64,000 nt of DNA from Octopus sinensis (lineage: Eukaryota): positions 30,628,001 to 30,692,000 of the forward strand of contig NC_042997.1 of assembly GCF_006345805.1 (NCBI RefSeq), given 5' to 3'. Below the pieces are notes generated by a model. It was not told the DNA's origin, did no database searches, and was given only the letters and a program-made list of their open reading frames with translations. Positions within the stretch are counted from its first letter, which is position 1; the number at the start of each line of letters is the position of its first letter. A program made the position numbers and the translations under genes. Of the stretch, positions 61,455 through 64,000 are shown one piece after another.

Positions 61455-63800
61455 ATATATTTTTTTTAGTATCAGATGAACCCACAAAATTCTATGCTAA
61501 AGAAAAGTTTTGTTCAGAGACAAGCTATCACTACCCAACATACTATGATCTCTGGACTTCAATGCATGCCTTTTCTACCAGTCTATGAACTCCTAAACTG
61601 GTCTACCAGCTTTATAAAATCTAACCCAGTGTACCCAATTCTCCAATTCCTGTCACTCCTAAGATATCTCAATTTTGCATAACCTATACTAAATACCAGA
61701 TGCACACAACTGCATCTCTTCCAAACTCTATTACTCACAATATTTTTCACCCATCTTCAACATTCAAGAGTTCAAGTTGAATATCAAACAAATCAACCCT
61801 TTAAGTTATCCCTATTTCCAGATCTAGGACTGACTGAAAAAGCTGTTGGCATTACCCCTGCTCTGCCTCAGCATTCTGAGAAATCAAAAAGCAAAAGATA
61901 AAGATATGCTTAAAGAGGAAATGGCATAAATTGATGATATCAACAGGTTAAAAAAACTTTGCCGAGTTTAATAAGAAAGGATAGTTGTTGCTGTGTAGCA
62001 CACACCTGATTAAGTACTCTGCACACACAAAGGCAGTTGGCCGAAAAATTAGGTGCAATCTACAGACCCAGACATGTCATATGGTCATCTGGCTGAGGAT
62101 CATAATGTACATTCTGATATAACAGAGCTATTGTTTATCTCCCTTCCAGTTACTCCCACCCATCCTTACATAATGCAAAGGTAACTATCTATCTCCTCTA
62201 TAGCAAGACATCTGTGTTTGTCTCTCTCTCTATCATACTTCCACAGTAACAAAGAAATAGTTATACCATTATTTCTTTTATCTCCCTACAACTCTCTCTC
62301 TTTCCCTTCCTCCACCTCTCTTCAGTAACAAACCAATAGTTTCTGTAGAGCGAGATCTACTGTAGTACTGCTCATGTATGTCCCACATTAACAATCTCTT
62401 ACCCTCAAGAATTTTGACAAAAGCAATGTTGTTGTACTGTAAAGCCTTTGACCACGAGAACTTCCCAACTAAATTTCAACACACAAACTTGACTCTTCAG
62501 TCGTCCTTTAACCTTCTACACCCAGGTATCTTGCAAACATATCCTGGATACCTAATGACAAACTAACAGGAGTTCCATTAACAGAAACACCTTAAACATC
62601 CTTTCATGGAATCAACTCGATTCTGCTTCAATAATATCAATTACATTATTGAACATCATCAATATCCAATAGTATAATTGATTCATACATCCAAAAAAAA
62701 AAAACAACAGATACTGACCTGCCAGAAAAAATCTTGTTTTCATGACATAAAATTCATCTATTTTAAAATATTCATATTAAAATTAGAATCTTCTGTCACA
62801 ATTTTATACAATATTTTCTTACTACCTCTCCTATAGCAAGACACCTGTCTCTGTCCCTCTGTCACACTCTAACTGTTCCTCAACTGACACAAGATCACTT
62901 CCTCCAATGCCCCCTCCCCTCTCTAAAATTCCTTGTCTTGCAAGTTATTTGGTGACCCTGCCTGTGCTGGTGCCATGTAAAAAGCATCTTTTCCACACTG
63001 TGAAGTGGTTGGCATTTGGAAGGGCATCCAGCTGTAAAAATCATGCCAAAACTGACCTCACCCATGCTGGTGCCACGTAAAATGCACTCAGTCCACTCTA
63101 TGAGGTGGTGGGTGTTAGGAAGGGCATCCAGCCATAAAAACCATGTCAAAACAGACACAGAATCCTGGTGTAATCTACTACCTGGCCAGCTCCTGTCAAG
63201 CCCTCCAACTGACGCCATATGAAAGGCAGATGTTGAATGATGATGATGATGATGATAACTATACAAAAATTGTTTATTTTCAAAATTAACTGAAATACAT
63301 AATCCTTAGAAATCCTTAGAAATATGGTTACCAAAGGCCTATAGTCACTGCAAATGCTAGATTCCACAATCTCCGATGATCTTCCATAGCAGCTTCATGT
63401 ATACATCACAAACACTAAGTTTCCTACCCAGGCCAGAAAATACTTCCACCCTCATTAGTTGCTAACTCTTTACAAATCTAACATTAAAACACTTCTCACC
63501 AACCTGGAATATGATTGCTACAACACCCCTATTTGAAAAAAAAAACATCCAGATGATAAGCAAATTCACCAATAACAACATCTACGAACTCCACATGCAC
63601 AATTTCTTTATCTGCCTCTTTAGCTGCTACAATTTCAGCTCCTTTAAACTACTAATATCATACTCTGGCACTCCACAAAAAACCATCTTTATCTCCCTTC
63701 CACCTACTCTCACCCATCTTTGCATAATGCAAATGTAACTATGCATCTCCTCTATAACAAGACATCTGTGCTTTGTCTTTCTCTATCATACTTTTGCTTT
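61455..63800 (+). mobile_element. Cluster of decayed LINE-like fragments
   Basis: KAFD-like motif near 62,440; a related segment recurs at about 62,138-62,240 and 63,689-63,795. Confidence 0.35.
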
Positions 63801-64000
63801 CAACATCTAGCATAAAGCCACCACTCCATCTCTTAAATACACTCCCACTCAGTTGAGAAGGGAGGGGTTTCCTTTCTTTTCCTGTTTTACTTGTTACTTG
63901 GTAACCTCATTAGTGCTGGTGCTACATCATCATCATCATCGTTTAACGTCCGTTTTCTGCGTTAGCACGGGTTGGACGGTTCGACCGGGGTCTGGGAAGC

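Noticed and set aside
60908-64000. Search for the MARCHF6 RING-CH exons
   Set aside because: No CRVCR, HPC.C or CELC coding found by eye; presumably beyond the window

Overview
AT-rich eukaryotic genomic DNA full of SINEs and microsatellites; the repeat content suggests an octopus or other coleoid cephalopod (inference). Most of the window (about 11,987-60,907, minus strand) is one intron-rich gene, the ER E3 ubiquitin ligase MARCHF6 (MARCH6/TEB4/Doa10). I traced 21 coding exons by hand, all with GT-AG ends and consistent phases, totalling 3,020 nt (about 1,005 codons). The N-terminal RING-CH exons were not found and probably lie beyond position 64,000. The protein has a long poly-Ala/poly-Pro/Gly insertion and a Gln/Ala-rich C-terminal tail. 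The introns and downstream flank hold a young CR1-group LINE with an uninterrupted endonuclease-RT ORF2, several CR1 and RTE 3' fragments, at least five SINE-like families, two non-autonomous Helitrons, an internally deleted piggyBac with related MITEs, Tc1/mariner remnants, an 86-bp minisatellite and a long foldback palindrome. The most striking observation is in the LINE. ORF2 has no AUG before its endonuclease domain and overlaps ORF1 by about 226 nt in the -1 frame. Its frame opens 6 nt before a correctly phased U_UUU_UUA heptamer, the HIV-1-type slippery sequence, which suggests programmed -1 frameshifting. Everything was read by eye with no alignment or folding; repeat boundaries are approximate and identity values are rough estimates.
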